Source of the DNA: Amoeboradix gromovi X-113
Taxonomy: Eukaryota > Fungi > Sanchytriomycota
Assembly (NCBI GenBank): GCA_018985225.1
Contig: JADGIF010000437.1
Coordinates: 1-8,587, forward strand
Reading direction: 5' to 3'
DNA length: 8,587 bases
Positions 6,833 to 8,587 of this stretch are shown here, piece after piece. Below the pieces are notes generated by a model. It was not told the DNA's origin. It made no database searches and worked only from the letters and a program-made list of their open reading frames with translations. The position numbers were made by a program, and so were the translations under genes. The first letter of the stretch is position 1; every line of letters begins with the position of its first letter.

Positions 6833-7849
6833 TTATAAACTCTCTATATTCGACGGTGACACCCCAAAGCTTTCTAAGTCGTTCGAGAGTCGCTCAACAT
6901 GAATTGTTAATCTTTTATTTTCAGTTCTCAGCACTTCAACCTCGGTTCTCATTTCCTTTAATTGCGTAAACAGCTCTTGGTTCATTGTTGTAAGCATAGA
7001 ATCTCTGTTCAATGCTGACTCCGACTGTATGACTGCTCTATCTACTCTCTGTGGATTGTTTAAGGATCCTATATCGGTCATATTACTGTTGCCATGAGAA
7101 GGACTTTCCGTTCTGTTTCTACTAAGCACATCTTGTAGTGAATTTAATGAATGATGCATTCCTGTAAACATGCTGTTAGGTCTTGGTTCGGTCACATATT
7201 TGTTTTGTGTTTCGGGGCGAGTGGATTCAAGCGACTGCTTCGGAGCCAATCTCGCGTTAAGTCTATTTACTCTACTAGCTGTCAAAGTATAATATCCATC
7301 ACCTAGCACGTCTTTGTCACTGCTTTGAGATCGTAGCGATGGATCATCTTTGTTTCTATTCATTGATATCCCAGAATTTGTGTCTGTTACTAAATTTCTA
7401 TTCTTTGATGTTAATGATATGTGAAGATTTGGAGTAGAAAAGAATCCATGATCATCGTGAAATGAACTGCTTTTTGTTGATCTATTTAAATCAGCCAGAC
7501 TAGCAGAAATTAACGGTTCAAATCCGGGGCCACTAACATTATGCAAGGAAATAAATAAACTTTTATCATAGGGACTTTTCCTTACCAGTGGACTAGAATC
7601 AACATCCATCGGTTCATTTTTGAGTATTTTATGTGCAATTTTAGTAAGAAGAGGAGTGCGTTTAGTCATATATAGTTTATCAGGACCATTCCGCGTGTAT
7701 CTGACAGTTCGAGATATTGTATTTCCAGCCAAATAATCATTTACTCTAAGCTCCTCTAACGAATACTTATCGTACCCAGAGCAGCCGGTAATACTAAGAA
7801 GTCTACCATCCTCGAACGGAACTGATTGAAAAGTACCAGTCTGAATCAT
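6833..7849 (-). CDS. GLEBS-motif (Nup98/Nup116-like Rae1/Gle2-binding) protein with C-terminal coiled coil, about 338 aa from MIQTGT (frame open to 7906)
   Basis: N-terminal LLSITGCSGYDKYSLEELRVNDYLAGN matches the Nup98-type GLEBS pattern (IT.M.EY..KS.EELR.EDY). No FG repeats. C-terminal heptads ELFTQLKEMRTEVEVLRTENKRLTIHVERLSNDLE. Confidence 0.75.
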   Translation of the reverse strand: MIQTGTFQSVPFEDGRLLSITGCSGYDKYSLEELRVNDYLAGNTISRTVRYTRNGPDKLYMTKRTPLLTKIAHKILKNEPMDVDSSPLVRKSPYDKSLFISLHNVSGPGFEPLISASLADLNRSTKSSSFHDDHGFFSTPNLHISLTSKNRNLVTDTNSGISMNRNKDDPSLRSQSSDKDVLGDGYYTLTASRVNRLNARLAPKQSLESTRPETQNKYVTEPRPNSMFTGMHHSLNSLQDVLSRNRTESPSHGNSNMTDIGSLNNPQRVDRAVIQSESALNRDSMLTTMNQELFTQLKEMRTEVEVLRTENKRLTIHVERLSNDLESFGVSPSNIESL

Positions 7850-8200
7850 GGAGACCAGAGAAAAGTGGCTTGTTGCACGAATTGTGAGTAAAATTAATTG
7901 ACACATAAGTTTGGATTAATCCCTAATTCCAGTCCTAGTTGGAGGCTGGTTGGACTAGACTAATCTAGCCCTTGTGGGATTAGTTTAACCAAAAAAAACC
8001 CTAATTTTAAACTGCTTTATGTAGTATTTGGGTAGCCATAGGCATAATTCTATGTTTCCAAAATTGTTTTTTCAGAAGATTATAATAAATACATCGTGAC
8101 AATGTGTAATTTGCTCATAAAAAGGATGCCTAGCAGAGTGTGACACTAAATAAATGTTCAAAAGCATTCATCGCTTTTTGACATCAATACCACTGTAACA

Positions 8201-8395
8201 ATGGAAAGCATTGATTTGGATACATCAAGTGGAGTTTTTGAAAAAATTGATGAAGCTATTTTACTTATAAAAGATCATGTGCATTCTATTGGAGAGTCAA
8301 TTGGATCAACTGGCGCCTTTGCAACAGATATTGCCGTTGGGCCATATTCTATCAAGCCGTTTGTCAAAACTATGGCTTCTATTTATTTAAAATGA
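8201..8395 (+). CDS. Short ORF (64 aa) of unknown status: small protein, first exon, or 5' part of a pseudogene
   Basis: The ACAATGG start context and protein-like composition favour coding. It ends in TGA without the AATAAA seen at other genes, and I found no GTA...TAG micro-intron that rescues it. Confidence 0.3.
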   Translation: MESIDLDTSSGVFEKIDEAILLIKDHVHSIGESIGSTGAFATDIAVGPYSIKPFVKTMASIYLK

Positions 8396-8587
8396 TGCAG
8401 GCAATTTGCTACAAGCATATCATATCCACGTGTCATAACTACTTTGAAACAAGACTTGACAACAGAGTACACTGTTATTGGAAATCAGTAATATAGCGCG
8501 ATTGACACGATTGATTATTTCCGGAACAGATATAAAGAGATCAACCAGTACAGAATTTATCAGATTTAACAACTATCAGACCCGAAT

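Noticed and set aside
7911-7991. tRNA interpretation of the structured element (ends in CCA)
   Set aside because: No T-loop TTCRA, no proper D arm or 7-nt anticodon loop, and eukaryotic tRNA genes do not encode CCA.
8382-8572. Minus-strand gene ending TAAATAAA at 8382-8389 via a 21-nt GTGGAT...TAG intron
   Set aside because: The donor lacks the local GTA consensus, and the frame has no ATG and is closed by stops just upstream.
1-8587. Alternative genetic code (stop reassignment), CRISPR arrays, transposase or prokaryotic operon
   Set aside because: Conserved proteins translate properly with the standard code and end at TAA. No repeat-spacer arrays or mobile-element ORFs are visible, and the genes are eukaryotic.

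Overview
AT-rich, very gene-dense eukaryotic genomic DNA. The protein families look fungal, and an early-diverging (chytrid-like) fungus is my inference. It holds a minus-strand CLC chloride channel/transporter gene (29-2335) and a divergent plus-strand MARK/Kin1-type Ser/Thr kinase gene (2828-4687). Three tandem minus-strand genes follow, encoding disordered/coiled-coil proteins (4706-5480, 5565-6791, 6833-7849); the last has a Nup98-like GLEBS motif. A doubtful short ORF lies at the right edge. The main discovery is three ultra-short GT-AG spliceosomal introns of 19, 20 and 19 nt, which explain the apparent frameshifts in the ORF track. Other notable points: every complete gene has AATAAA fused to its TAA stop, intergenic gaps are as short as 18 and 41 nt, the CLC lacks its gating glutamate (E->Q) and central tyrosine (Y->T), and LC8-type QT motifs recur in two neighbouring genes.
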